The position numbers and the translations under genes are program-made. The notes beneath the pieces were generated by a model. It saw only the letters and a program-made list of their open reading frames with translations. It was not told where the DNA came from and did not search any database. This document shows, one piece after another, positions 9,108 to 17,013 of a DNA stretch of 33,984 nt (positions are counted from its first letter, which is position 1; each line of letters starts with the position of its first letter). Location of the stretch: the IMG/VR virus record IMGVR_UViG_3300025138_000005, positions 1-33,984 of that record; one strand, 5' to 3'. The stretch is from a virus. Its lineage: Duplodnaviria; Caudoviricetes.

Positions 9108-9190
9108 CAATAACTATCTACTTATAAAAGAACCGCCTGACACGGGGCATATGTCGCCCGGCAGAGGTACGCCAAAAACGTCCCTAGACC

Positions 9191-9219
9191 ATTATACCAA
9201 AATTGTCAAGTTCTTTCAC
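9191..9219 (-). promoter_or_regulatory. Putative leftward sigma70 promoter (extended -10)
   Basis: Minus strand reads GTGAAA-17 nt-TATAAT with TGn immediately before the -10 (TGGTATAAT). Confidence 0.55.
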
Positions 9220-9386
9220 AGGCGACCAACTGAGTTGCTGCATATCACCCTAATCATTAACCAATGACCCCCCCTAGCAGTCAACCAAGGGCGATAATAA
9301 CTTTTTTACTATTTTTTCCCTAAGTAAAACACATAGGTGGCCATGTAGGTTACAATAGTGTCCCAGTGTGCATTCTGCACGCTGCA

Positions 9387-9405
9387 GACAAAGGAGACTA
9401 CTATG
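9387..9405 (+). promoter_or_regulatory. 19-nt translation initiation leader GACAAAGGAGACTACTATG (rightward copy)
   Basis: Identical to the leader of the divergent gene starting at 9056. Confidence 0.85.
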
Positions 9406-10098
9406 TCAAAGTATTTACAAAACGAACTTGCTGCTGCTCTTATCAAATCTAACAAAGCAAACGCAGGCGAAACGTGGTTCATTATCGAGACGCAGTATTT
9501 AGAAAACTACGCTGACGAAGGTTGTGATCCGCATTGGAAACCTAAGGGCGGTTTTACCTACCACATCTATGCAGACAATGCAGATGCTGCTGTTGCTGAC
9601 TGGACAGAACGCTCTGGCAATGCGCCAAACAACTTTACGCAAGAATTTGTTATTGAGTGCCGTCAAGGTCATGGCGATCCTCACGCAACAACAGACTACG
9701 AAAAAGAATGTACTGATGACGGCTATTGTTGGGCTGAAGTCAACCGTAAGTATTTGCTTGATGACCATGAGTATGTTTTACGTAAAAAAGTACGTGATGA
9801 ATATACTAAGGAGCCAACGCGGACTGACATTTATCTTGGTACGAAATTGACGGGCCGCGACAAAGAAATTTTCCAAGATGAGTACAAGAAGTTAGATTTT
9901 AAATATGCCGTTGATGGCTTTGACCGTTTGCACCGTGAATACGAAAGTACTTTAGAAGTGTTTGGTGCAGGTACTGCTTTGCATGACATGGTACGGATTG
10001 TCGAAGCAATGCAAAGAATGCACGAAAAGTACGGTGTCGAATTTGTTGACTATTACCATGAGTTGCGTGAGCAACGCAAGACTAAGGAGACTAAATAA
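9403..10098 (+). CDS. Hypothetical acidic early protein
   Basis: AAAGGAG RBS before ATG 9403 (MSKYLQNE...); first gene of the rightward early operon. Confidence 0.75.
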   Translation: MSKYLQNELAAALIKSNKANAGETWFIIETQYLENYADEGCDPHWKPKGGFTYHIYADNADAAVADWTERSGNAPNNFTQEFVIECRQGHGDPHATTDYEKECTDDGYCWAEVNRKYLLDDHEYVLRKKVRDEYTKEPTRTDIYLGTKLTGRDKEIFQDEYKKLDFKYAVDGFDRLHREYESTLEVFGAGTALHDMVRIVEAMQRMHEKYGVEFVDYYHELREQRKTKETK

Positions 10099-10397
10099 TG
10101 AAAAGCCCAATTGCTAAATTCAAAAACTTTAACCACGCACCCGGTTACCACAACAATCCGTGGGTGTACAAAGGTCACATTTGCCGAATGGAAGAAGAAG
10201 AAGAAGAAGACAACAGAAAAATATTTCACTGCATAACTTGCCCGGACGGTACTGAAATTATTGCAAACATTTCATCTTACAGCGCATCGATGCTAGCAAT
10301 GGAAATATACATAGACTTAGGGTTTCCAAAACGTACAGGGGTCGGCCCTTGGCATCCCGAAGAACTTATTAAACTTAGAGACAAAAGGAATAAATGA
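10098..10397 (+). CDS. Hypothetical early protein
   Basis: AAGGAG RBS, TAATG coupling; contains an EEEEEED run. Confidence 0.7.
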   Translation: MKSPIAKFKNFNHAPGYHNNPWVYKGHICRMEEEEEEDNRKIFHCITCPDGTEIIANISSYSASMLAMEIYIDLGFPKRTGVGPWHPEELIKLRDKRNK

Positions 10398-10398
10398 C

Positions 10399-11484
10399 AT
10401 GGGACATGAAATCGAAAAAAACGACAACGTAGCAATTACAGGTAAGGCTGCTTGGCATGGTCTTGGCACAGTGGTAGAAAAAGCACCAACGCCATTAGAG
10501 GCTTTAAAACTAGCCAAGATGGATTGGGACGTTTTAGAATCTGAAACACTGAGCGGTAAATTTTTCAATCCAAAAACAGAGGAACTGTACAACGTAAACA
10601 GTGATCAACGTAAGATGTTGATTAGGTCAGACGACCACATGCCTCTAGGCATAGTTGGTAAATCGTTTGTTCCAGTCCAAAACCAAACTGTTGCAGAACT
10701 TTGTTACGAGATTGCTGGCAAGGGCATTGGCGACACATCAGTTGAAATAGAAACAGCCGGTTCAATTAACGGTGGCAAAAGAACTTGGTTTTTATTACGC
10801 ACAAACACTATTGACGTAGGCAACGTCGGTGACCAAGTAAAACAGTACATTGCAATTTGTAATGGTCACGATGGAAGCATGGCACTTTCGTTTGCAAACA
10901 CTGACGTAAGAGTTGTTTGTGCAAACACCTTTGCTTACGCCTTGCGTAAGTCAGGATCGCAAACCGCAACATTGCGGCACACTGCAAACATTTTAGAAAA
11001 CATCCCACAAGTTATTGAGCAACTTAAACATGGTGTTGAACTTCAAAAATCAACAGCAAGCACTTATAACTACATGCAGAAAAACAAATTAAACACTGAA
11101 CAGATTCAAAGAATTTGGACAAATGTCTACTACAAAATGTATGGCGATCCGCAAAAAGCAAAAGGGAAAAATTTAACTAACGAGCAATATCGCAAAGCAG
11201 TAGATAGACGAGAGAATAAAATGTTTACTACACTTGCACGATGGTCAGAAATTTGGCAACAAGAAACTGACGAAAATGGTTTAGGTGCAAACCTTTGGAC
11301 TGCATACAACGCAGTCACTAATTACCTTGACCATGAAAAAACCGTGCGTGTTCGCAAAGATACAGACATGCATGGCAGTGTTGAGCAAAAGCAAAAAGAT
11401 TTACGTGTAGCGTCAAACTTGTTTGGCACTACAGCAGAACAAAAGCGTGTAGTCTTTGAACACTGCAAATTAATTGAGCAATGA
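10399..11484 (+). CDS. DUF932/DUF945 family phage/plasmid protein (TIGR03299-like)
   Basis: Motifs MGHEIE...AWHGLG...VQN...ETAGSINGGKRTW...NGHDGS...VRVVCANT...RHT...WTAYNAVTNYLDH. Confidence 0.88.
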   Translation: MGHEIEKNDNVAITGKAAWHGLGTVVEKAPTPLEALKLAKMDWDVLESETLSGKFFNPKTEELYNVNSDQRKMLIRSDDHMPLGIVGKSFVPVQNQTVAELCYEIAGKGIGDTSVEIETAGSINGGKRTWFLLRTNTIDVGNVGDQVKQYIAICNGHDGSMALSFANTDVRVVCANTFAYALRKSGSQTATLRHTANILENIPQVIEQLKHGVELQKSTASTYNYMQKNKLNTEQIQRIWTNVYYKMYGDPQKAKGKNLTNEQYRKAVDRRENKMFTTLARWSEIWQQETDENGLGANLWTAYNAVTNYLDHEKTVRVRKDTDMHGSVEQKQKDLRVASNLFGTTAEQKRVVFEHCKLIEQ

Positions 11485-11514
11485 GTATTGACCCGCCAAC
11501 TTTGGCATAAAACA

Positions 11515-11538
11515 GGGGGCCACCAAACGGTGGCCCCC
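11515..11538. promoter_or_regulatory. Perfect GC-rich hairpin upstream of the annealase gene
   Basis: gggggccacc-aaac-ggtggccccc, 10-bp stem, no U tract. Confidence 0.6.
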
Positions 11539-11542
11539 CTAA

Positions 11543-12499
11543 ATGGAGAAAAGCGTGCAAGTTAATCATAACCAAATGCAAGCAATAGCGTCTAACCCAG
11601 AAAATTTATCACCTGAATCTGTTGAGGCACTTTTGCTAGACGGAGATTTAGGCAAACTTAGTGTTGTTGATCGCCTTACGTATTACAAAAATGTGTGCGA
11701 TACAATTGGCCTTGACTGGAAAACTCAACCGTTTAATTATTTGCGGTTGAATGGCAAGTTGCAGTTGTATCCTACAAAGCGCTGTACTGACCAATTGCGT
11801 ACAGTTCGTAAAATTTCAATTGACGAAATTACCTTTGTACCTGCTGGCGATGGTATTTATTGCATATCTGCAAAGGCATCTGATGGTGACGGTAGAACTG
11901 ATTCAGATATTGGTGCGGTAGAAACCCGTGGATTATCTGGTACAAACCTAGCCAACGCAATGAAGAAAGCAGTGACGCAGGCAAAGAGACGTGTGACTCT
12001 TTCAATCTGTGGCTTAGGTATGCTTGATGAAACTGAAATTGAGCAAATAGATGGTGCTGAAACAATTGCACCAAATGCAGTGCATAAGCAGACAAAGACC
12101 AATTACATCGAAACAGATTTTGTAAAAGAAGTTGCACATGATCAAGACCAAGATGTAGTTATTGATTTAAATACTAATGAAATAGTTAGTGAAATGGCTG
12201 AAGAACATATGTACATTTCCGAACTGTCTGAAGCCAAGACAAAGAAAGGTGCAACGTATCTACGTATGACCGTTAGTATTCCTGAGTGGGATCATAATGG
12301 TTTAGTGCAACGTACTGATAGAAACGTTTCAGTCTTTGACGAGTATGTACAGGTTACGTGTAAGGTTGCTTATGAAAAGCAAATGCCTGTAATCTTAGAC
12401 ATGCAACAATCTGGTCAGTATTGGAACGTGAAGAACGCACAAACAGTTTCTTTAAACAAACCAAAGGTTGAAGACAACGTTGACGAATTACCATTTTAA
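11543..12499 (+). CDS. RecT/Bet-like single-strand DNA annealing protein
   Basis: GDLGKLS...YYKNVC..IGLD...QPF.Y...NGKL.LY and NAMKKAVTQAKRRVTLSICGLGMLDETEIE. True start may be GTG 11555 (GGAG upstream). Confidence 0.7.
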   Translation: MEKSVQVNHNQMQAIASNPENLSPESVEALLLDGDLGKLSVVDRLTYYKNVCDTIGLDWKTQPFNYLRLNGKLQLYPTKRCTDQLRTVRKISIDEITFVPAGDGIYCISAKASDGDGRTDSDIGAVETRGLSGTNLANAMKKAVTQAKRRVTLSICGLGMLDETEIEQIDGAETIAPNAVHKQTKTNYIETDFVKEVAHDQDQDVVIDLNTNEIVSEMAEEHMYISELSEAKTKKGATYLRMTVSIPEWDHNGLVQRTDRNVSVFDEYVQVTCKVAYEKQMPVILDMQQSGQYWNVKNAQTVSLNKPKVEDNVDELPF

Positions 12500-12510
12500 A
12501 GGAGAAGAAA

Positions 12511-12894
12511 GTGAATAACCAAGATCCATTGCAACAACGAAGTGCTGGCCTAAATGATTGGGGTGCATTGTTTCAGGTGCAGAAAAAAGCAGAGGCTAGT
12601 AAGAAAACTAGCCGTCAATACCAAGACATGGTTAAGAACGGCAACAAGAAAACACGCGAACAAATACGCTACCGCATACTTAGGCAACTGTTGACAAAGC
12701 CAATGACAGATGACGAGGTTGAAGAAATAACCGGGTTGCCTCACCAAACTGTTAGTGCGTGTAGAAGGGGTCTAGTGAAAAGTGGGCATGTTGAGCCTAC
12801 TGGCGAAAGCCGATTGACTAGATCAAACAGACATGCACAGACATGGCAACTTACAGCAGAGGCAAATATTTTGATGGAGGGTACAAATGAATAG
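12511..12894 (+). CDS. Winged-helix DNA-binding protein
   Basis: AAGGAG RBS; MTDDEVEEITGLPHQTVSACRRGLVKSGHVEPTGESR.T.S.R.A..W. Confidence 0.75.
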   Translation: MNNQDPLQQRSAGLNDWGALFQVQKKAEASKKTSRQYQDMVKNGNKKTREQIRYRILRQLLTKPMTDDEVEEITGLPHQTVSACRRGLVKSGHVEPTGESRLTRSNRHAQTWQLTAEANILMEGTNE

Positions 12895-13654
12895 CAAGAA
12901 ATTACCGGCTATGCAATTTTATCCGGGTGACTGGCGTAAAGACCCATGTCTACAAGCGTGTTCGTTAACTGCCCGTGGGTTATGGATGGAAATGTTGTGT
13001 CTTATGCACGAAAGCATTCAACGAGGCCACCTTATTTTTAAAACAGGTGTACCTATGGATGAACAACAACTAGGCCGTGTTGCTGGTATTACAGGTGACG
13101 AGTGTAAGAAATTGCTTAATGAATTAGAGAACGCTGGTGTCCTATCAATAGGTGCTGACAACGAATACGTATGTAGACGCATGGTCAGAGATGAAGCAAA
13201 ACGTGAAGGTATGCGTGAAGGGGGTAGGAAAGGGGGGTTGATAGCCTCCGCCAACCGAAAGGCTAGGGCTTCTTCTTCATCTTCAACTTCATCTTCAACT
13301 TCATCTTCAAAGAAAGATATACCTAAAAAAGTTGTTTCTGCTAGTGAGTACCACGTACTTATGCAAGATGCAGATGTCAGGCATGTGTTAGATTGCATAC
13401 CCAAAAACAGAAAAATGGCAGTTAAAACTATTGTCAGTTCTGTTGCTAATGCGTTATTAGAAATCGATTCGTTTGCTGAGCCACCATCTGAAAATTTGAG
13501 TGTGTGGCTTGGTGAGCGCATTGTTGACTACTACAAATCACCTGAAGGCACTGGTAAGTTTTTTAGATCGCCAAGTAGGTGGCTTGACGATGGCGGGTAT
13601 TTAGAACCTGAAGAAACTTGGTCTGCTAGGTCAGAAGAGACGAGCAAATTCTAA
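12887..13654 (+). CDS. Replication initiator (DUF1376/YdaU-like N-terminus, lambda O position)
   Basis: PAMQFYPGDWRKDP.LQACSL.ARGLWMEMLCLMH; central Ser-rich repeat; C-terminal F..SPSRWLDDGGY. Confidence 0.75.
   Translation: MNSKKLPAMQFYPGDWRKDPCLQACSLTARGLWMEMLCLMHESIQRGHLIFKTGVPMDEQQLGRVAGITGDECKKLLNELENAGVLSIGADNEYVCRRMVRDEAKREGMREGGRKGGLIASANRKARASSSSSTSSSTSSSKKDIPKKVVSASEYHVLMQDADVRHVLDCIPKNRKMAVKTIVSSVANALLEIDSFAEPPSENLSVWLGERIVDYYKSPEGTGKFFRSPSRWLDDGGYLEPEETWSARSEETSKF
13275..13310 (+). repeat. 3 x 12-bp tandem repeat CTTCATCTTCAA (possible origin iterons)
   Basis: Exact tandem copies inside the initiator gene. Confidence 0.7.
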
Positions 13655-14109
13655 TGACAGAAACACACCCACCTTTGTACGTAGGAATAATTGATTTGGT
13701 TAGAGAGTTGTGGCCTAACGCAATGTGGACTGATGCACTACGTACGCAATGGCGTAACAGGTTAGCCAAACAGCCAATAGATAAAGTGATGCAATCAATT
13801 CGTGAGCATCATGCAAATTCACGGGGCAAATCTCCATGCCTAGCCGATGTATTAAAATACTTACGTATAAATGCACCGGCGGAGGTTTCAACGTGTCGGA
13901 TCGAAGAAGACGAAAAAAGAAAAGTAGAAAAAGATCGCCAAGAAACGAAGACGATCTTGAGAAAGATGGACAGCCACCAAAGGAGCGAGTCCAGAAGAAA
14001 ACTCGAAGTAATAATAAAAAAGAAGATTCCAGAGGATTGGGAAAAATGGACCCAGACCCAGTGTTCTTTAATCTTAGCAATAGCGACGAGCAAATCGTCG
14101 AGTCTTTAG
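13654..14109 (+). CDS. Hypothetical protein, possible helicase loader/inhibitor
   Basis: Coupled to the initiator; W...L...P...V..SIREH.......PCLADV pattern; position of lambda P/G39P-like genes. Confidence 0.5.
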   Translation: MTETHPPLYVGIIDLVRELWPNAMWTDALRTQWRNRLAKQPIDKVMQSIREHHANSRGKSPCLADVLKYLRINAPAEVSTCRIEEDEKRKVEKDRQETKTILRKMDSHQRSESRRKLEVIIKKKIPEDWEKWTQTQCSLILAIATSKSSSL

Positions 14110-14219
14110 TTAGAGATAACCTCATTGACATCTACGTAGATGAAGATGGGGTTTTCTATTATGCTTTATCTGAGTTAGGTATTAAGGTTTACAAACAAAT
14201 GGACGACGAGCATGGGTAG
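14046..14219 (+). CDS. Small acidic hypothetical protein (57 aa)
   Basis: ATG 14046 (MDPDPVFF...) in frame with track ORF 13836; fills the gap to 14212. Confidence 0.5.
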   Translation: MDPDPVFFNLSNSDEQIVESLVRDNLIDIYVDEDGVFYYALSELGIKVYKQMDDEHG

Positions 14220-14565
14220 AAAAAGCAGAAATAAAGGCAAGGTGGGCGAGCGTGAAGCAGTCAACCAAGTTTGCAAGCAGATGTGGGGTTGCACGGACGC
14301 GGCCCGCACATCACAATTTCGTGGTGATTTAACTCCTGACATTGATATAGGTTTACCGATACACGTAGAAGTTAAAAGACACGCACGTATTGCAGCAGTT
14401 AGGTTTTTAGAACAAGCAGAACGCGATTCTCACGGCAAGATGCCAGAGATAGTTTTAATGCGTGAAGATGGTGACACTGATTGGATTGTTATGTGTCGCT
14501 GCAAAAATTTGGAGCAGGTAGCAAATGACATTTTCAGAGGGCAAGACGCAACTTTGGATAAATAG
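14212..14565 (+). CDS. Holliday junction resolvase-like PD-(D/E)XK nuclease
   Basis: SRNKGKVGERE...PDI.....HVEVKR catalytic motif. Confidence 0.82.
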   Translation: MGRKSRNKGKVGEREAVNQVCKQMWGCTDAARTSQFRGDLTPDIDIGLPIHVEVKRHARIAAVRFLEQAERDSHGKMPEIVLMREDGDTDWIVMCRCKNLEQVANDIFRGQDATLDK

Positions 14566-14788
14566 CCTTCAACTAATTACTTTGATCATTGGGATATTTT
14601 TGGTTGCTGTTGGTATTGGTAGACGAGACTACGCACTTCAGTCAACGGAAAGTTCAATAGTTGAATTACGCAACATTACAAGTGATTTAGTTAAAACCCA
14701 GTTAGACACAATAGGTAATACTAAAGTGCAAAATCAAAGGATAGATGATTTACACAGACGTGTGCTAATTCTTGAAAATAATGATTAA
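14525..14788 (+). CDS. Single-TM coiled-coil protein, holin-like
   Basis: TM segment LQLITLIIGIFLVAVGIG followed by a heptad pattern ending RIDDLHRRVLILE. Confidence 0.55.
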   Translation: MTFSEGKTQLWINSLQLITLIIGIFLVAVGIGRRDYALQSTESSIVELRNITSDLVKTQLDTIGNTKVQNQRIDDLHRRVLILENND

Positions 14789-14810
14789 GGTACGTGGGCC
14801 AAACTCGATT

Positions 14811-15392
14811 ATGAAAAAAAGAGGCGTAGCCCTGTTGTTTTTTTATTTACTTATGTTTCTAGGGTTAGCCTACGCATTTGGATGTGAAGGCACAGCAAAG
14901 ATAGCAAGAACAACCACAGAGGTAAGAGGACTTGCAGAATCGTCTCTAAGACGATTTGATGACATAGCAGCACAATCGCCTTCTGTTGCAAACACAGCGT
15001 CTAAGGGTGCAACTGAGCAGTCACGTATTATTACCCTTACTGGCGAAATACAAGACACATTGCCGTACGTAGAAGACAAAGTTCCTGAGTGGGTGCGTCT
15101 ATCTATGATTGCGGGTATTGCTACAATTGGTATTGTCTTAGTAGTTTTATTATGGCAAACTGGAATTGCACCAGTCTTGCGTGCTTTGTTTGGACGTATT
15201 GCTTTTATGATTCCTAAAGCAAAAAGGCAAGAAGCAACTTTGTTGAGGGGTGCGTTAGATGGGAACCAAGAAAAAATCCGCGAAGCAATCGCTGCAAAAC
15301 GTGCCTCCGATCCTACCTTCGATGCCGCATGGAAAGCAGAAAAGGCTATCAGGAATAAGGCAAACAACGCCAACGTCAAACAACCTAGATAA
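14811..15392 (+). CDS. Lipoprotein with a second transmembrane helix (spanin-like)
   Basis: MKKR + hydrophobic core + YAFG|C25 lipobox-like site; second TM LSMIAGIATIGIVLVVLLW. Start could be 14781. Confidence 0.6.
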   Translation: MKKRGVALLFFYLLMFLGLAYAFGCEGTAKIARTTTEVRGLAESSLRRFDDIAAQSPSVANTASKGATEQSRIITLTGEIQDTLPYVEDKVPEWVRLSMIAGIATIGIVLVVLLWQTGIAPVLRALFGRIAFMIPKAKRQEATLLRGALDGNQEKIREAIAAKRASDPTFDAAWKAEKAIRNKANNANVKQPR

Positions 15393-15561
15393 CTGTAAAC
15401 CGCAATCTTTAGCCGTTTCTATTTACGGATGTACAATAGTTTTGCAGGATATCGTTGCAGAATACCGATTAAAAGAATGGGACCAGCGTGATTTGATCGC
15501 GACACTAAATCGCATAACTACACTTACAGAGGCGTTAGCCCAGAAAGCAATGAAAAAATGA
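15322..15561 (+). CDS. Hypothetical protein
   Basis: Fills the gap 15392-15561 and ends in an ATGA overlap; start uncertain. Confidence 0.4.
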   Translation: MPHGKQKRLSGIRQTTPTSNNLDNCKPQSLAVSIYGCTIVLQDIVAEYRLKEWDQRDLIATLNRITTLTEALAQKAMKK

Positions 15562-15650
15562 GTCAATTCTTAGGTAGCGTATGGTTTGCACTTTTGCTTG
15601 GTAGCCTTGGATACATTGCTGGCATGTTTTTTCCATTGAGGCGTAAGTGA
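15558..15650 (+). CDS. 30-aa single-TM peptide MSQFLGSVWFALLLGSLGYIAGMFFPLRRK
   Basis: Read by hand; ATGA overlap upstream, stop 3 nt before the next ATG; hydrophobic helix plus basic tail. Confidence 0.7.
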   Translation: MSQFLGSVWFALLLGSLGYIAGMFFPLRRK

Positions 15651-15653
15651 TTT

Positions 15654-16523
15654 ATGTCCATTAAATGGACGGCCAAAGACATAAGTAGTAATGTTGTACA
15701 GATAACTGAATCTGTTAAGAGTGTTAAAAATTGGGAATCTTGGTTTTTACTAAGTAGTGATAGGCACCACGATAACGCACATGCTGACCACTCTTTAGAA
15801 AAAAGACACCTTGATACTGCAATTGAACGGAATGCCGGTGTAATTGACGCAGGTGATTTACATTGCGCCATGCAAGGCAAGTTTGACCCTAGACAAGATA
15901 GGTCTGCTTTAAGAGAAGAATATACTTGTGGCAATTATTTAGACGCGTTAGTACGTGAAGCAGTAGATTTTTACAATCCATACTCAAACAATTTTGTTGT
16001 GATGGGTAGGGGTAACCATGAATCTTCTATTAAAAGAAGACATGAAACTGATTTAACTGAAAGAACTGTTGCCTGCATTAAAAACAAAAATGACGCATCT
16101 CCTATAACTACAGGAGGTTATGGTGGCTGGGTTGTTTTTAAATTTAAACGGCACGGTGCGACTCATATTGTAAAACTTAAATACTATCATGGTGCAGGTG
16201 GTGGTGGTCCAGTCACACGCGGTGTTATACAAACAAACCGTATGAGTGTATTTCTACCTGATGCTGACATAGTTCTAACTGGTCACACTCATGACATATG
16301 GCAAGTGCCTATTGCACGCGAACGAATAACAAATCGCGGACGTGTCTACATCAGCGAGCAGTTACATCTTAGGTCTGGAACCTACAAAGATGAATATGGT
16401 GACGGGTCAGGTGGTTGGCACGTTGAAACAATGAAACCGCCTAAACCCATGGGGGCTTGGTGGTTACGTTTCTATTTTGAGGATAAGGATCAACTAAAAT
16501 GGCAAGCGATCCGGGCAATGTAG
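15654..16523 (+). CDS. Calcineurin-like metallophosphoesterase
   Basis: All five motifs present: SDRH, GD, GNHE, HG, GHTH. Confidence 0.88.
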   Translation: MSIKWTAKDISSNVVQITESVKSVKNWESWFLLSSDRHHDNAHADHSLEKRHLDTAIERNAGVIDAGDLHCAMQGKFDPRQDRSALREEYTCGNYLDALVREAVDFYNPYSNNFVVMGRGNHESSIKRRHETDLTERTVACIKNKNDASPITTGGYGGWVVFKFKRHGATHIVKLKYYHGAGGGGPVTRGVIQTNRMSVFLPDADIVLTGHTHDIWQVPIARERITNRGRVYISEQLHLRSGTYKDEYGDGSGGWHVETMKPPKPMGAWWLRFYFEDKDQLKWQAIRAM

Positions 16524-16783
16524 ACCCAAATTCACCAGAAAAAAGAGTGTTAACTGGGTTTGTTGAAGAAGTAGGTGCTGATGCTGTTCTAGTTATTTGG
16601 AGTAGCACAAAGAAACGCAAAACTTCATCACGCGTTTGTTCGTGGGGTAATCACTTTGCAGTTAAAGGAATGCTTGAATGGGCATTTGAAACGCTAGTAG
16701 GTTTTGATCCTGACGATGAACTTGATGTACAAAGTGAAATAGATGAAGACGAAGATATTGAAGATATTGAAGATAATGAATAA
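16499..16783 (+). CDS. Hypothetical protein with acidic C-terminal tail
   Basis: AAGGA upstream; D/E-rich end. Confidence 0.65.
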   Translation: MASDPGNVDPNSPEKRVLTGFVEEVGADAVLVIWSSTKKRKTSSRVCSWGNHFAVKGMLEWAFETLVGFDPDDELDVQSEIDEDEDIEDIEDNE

Positions 16784-16792
16784 AGGAAAGAT

Positions 16793-16987
16793 ATGCTTAA
16801 TTGTATAAATTTAATAAGCAAACTGTATAACGACGAATCTGGTGGCGAATCAATAGAGATGGCATTGGTAACTAGTACGCTGGCTGTTGGTTCAATTGCT
16901 TCATATAAATCTGTTTCTGCTACGTTAGGGTCTGGTTTAGGTGGTATTGTTGATGGCATTGGAGAAGGTACAACCGTAGAGCCATAA
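16793..16987 (+). CDS. Flp/Tad (type IVb) pilin-like protein
   Basis: AAGGA RBS; leader ...KLYNDESG|GESIEMALV with G(-1), E(+5) and a following helix; 64 aa, Flp-sized. Confidence 0.68.
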   Translation: MLNCINLISKLYNDESGGESIEMALVTSTLAVGSIASYKSVSATLGSGLGGIVDGIGEGTTVEP

Positions 16988-17013
16988 GACATTTAGCAAT
17001 AGGATAAGAGCGT

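Noticed and set aside
9191-9209. TTGACA...TATAAT on the minus strand as a canonical -35/-10 pair
   Set aside because: The spacer is only 7 nt; better explained as an extended -10 with a different -35.
10191-10210. (GAA)n runs here and at 28141-28161 as contingency microsatellites
   Set aside because: Triplet repeats encoding poly-Glu; slippage would keep the frame.
13836-14045. Arg/Lys-rich 5' part of track ORF 13836-14219
   Set aside because: Off-frame shadow of the 13654-14109 gene; only the part from ATG 14046 looks real.
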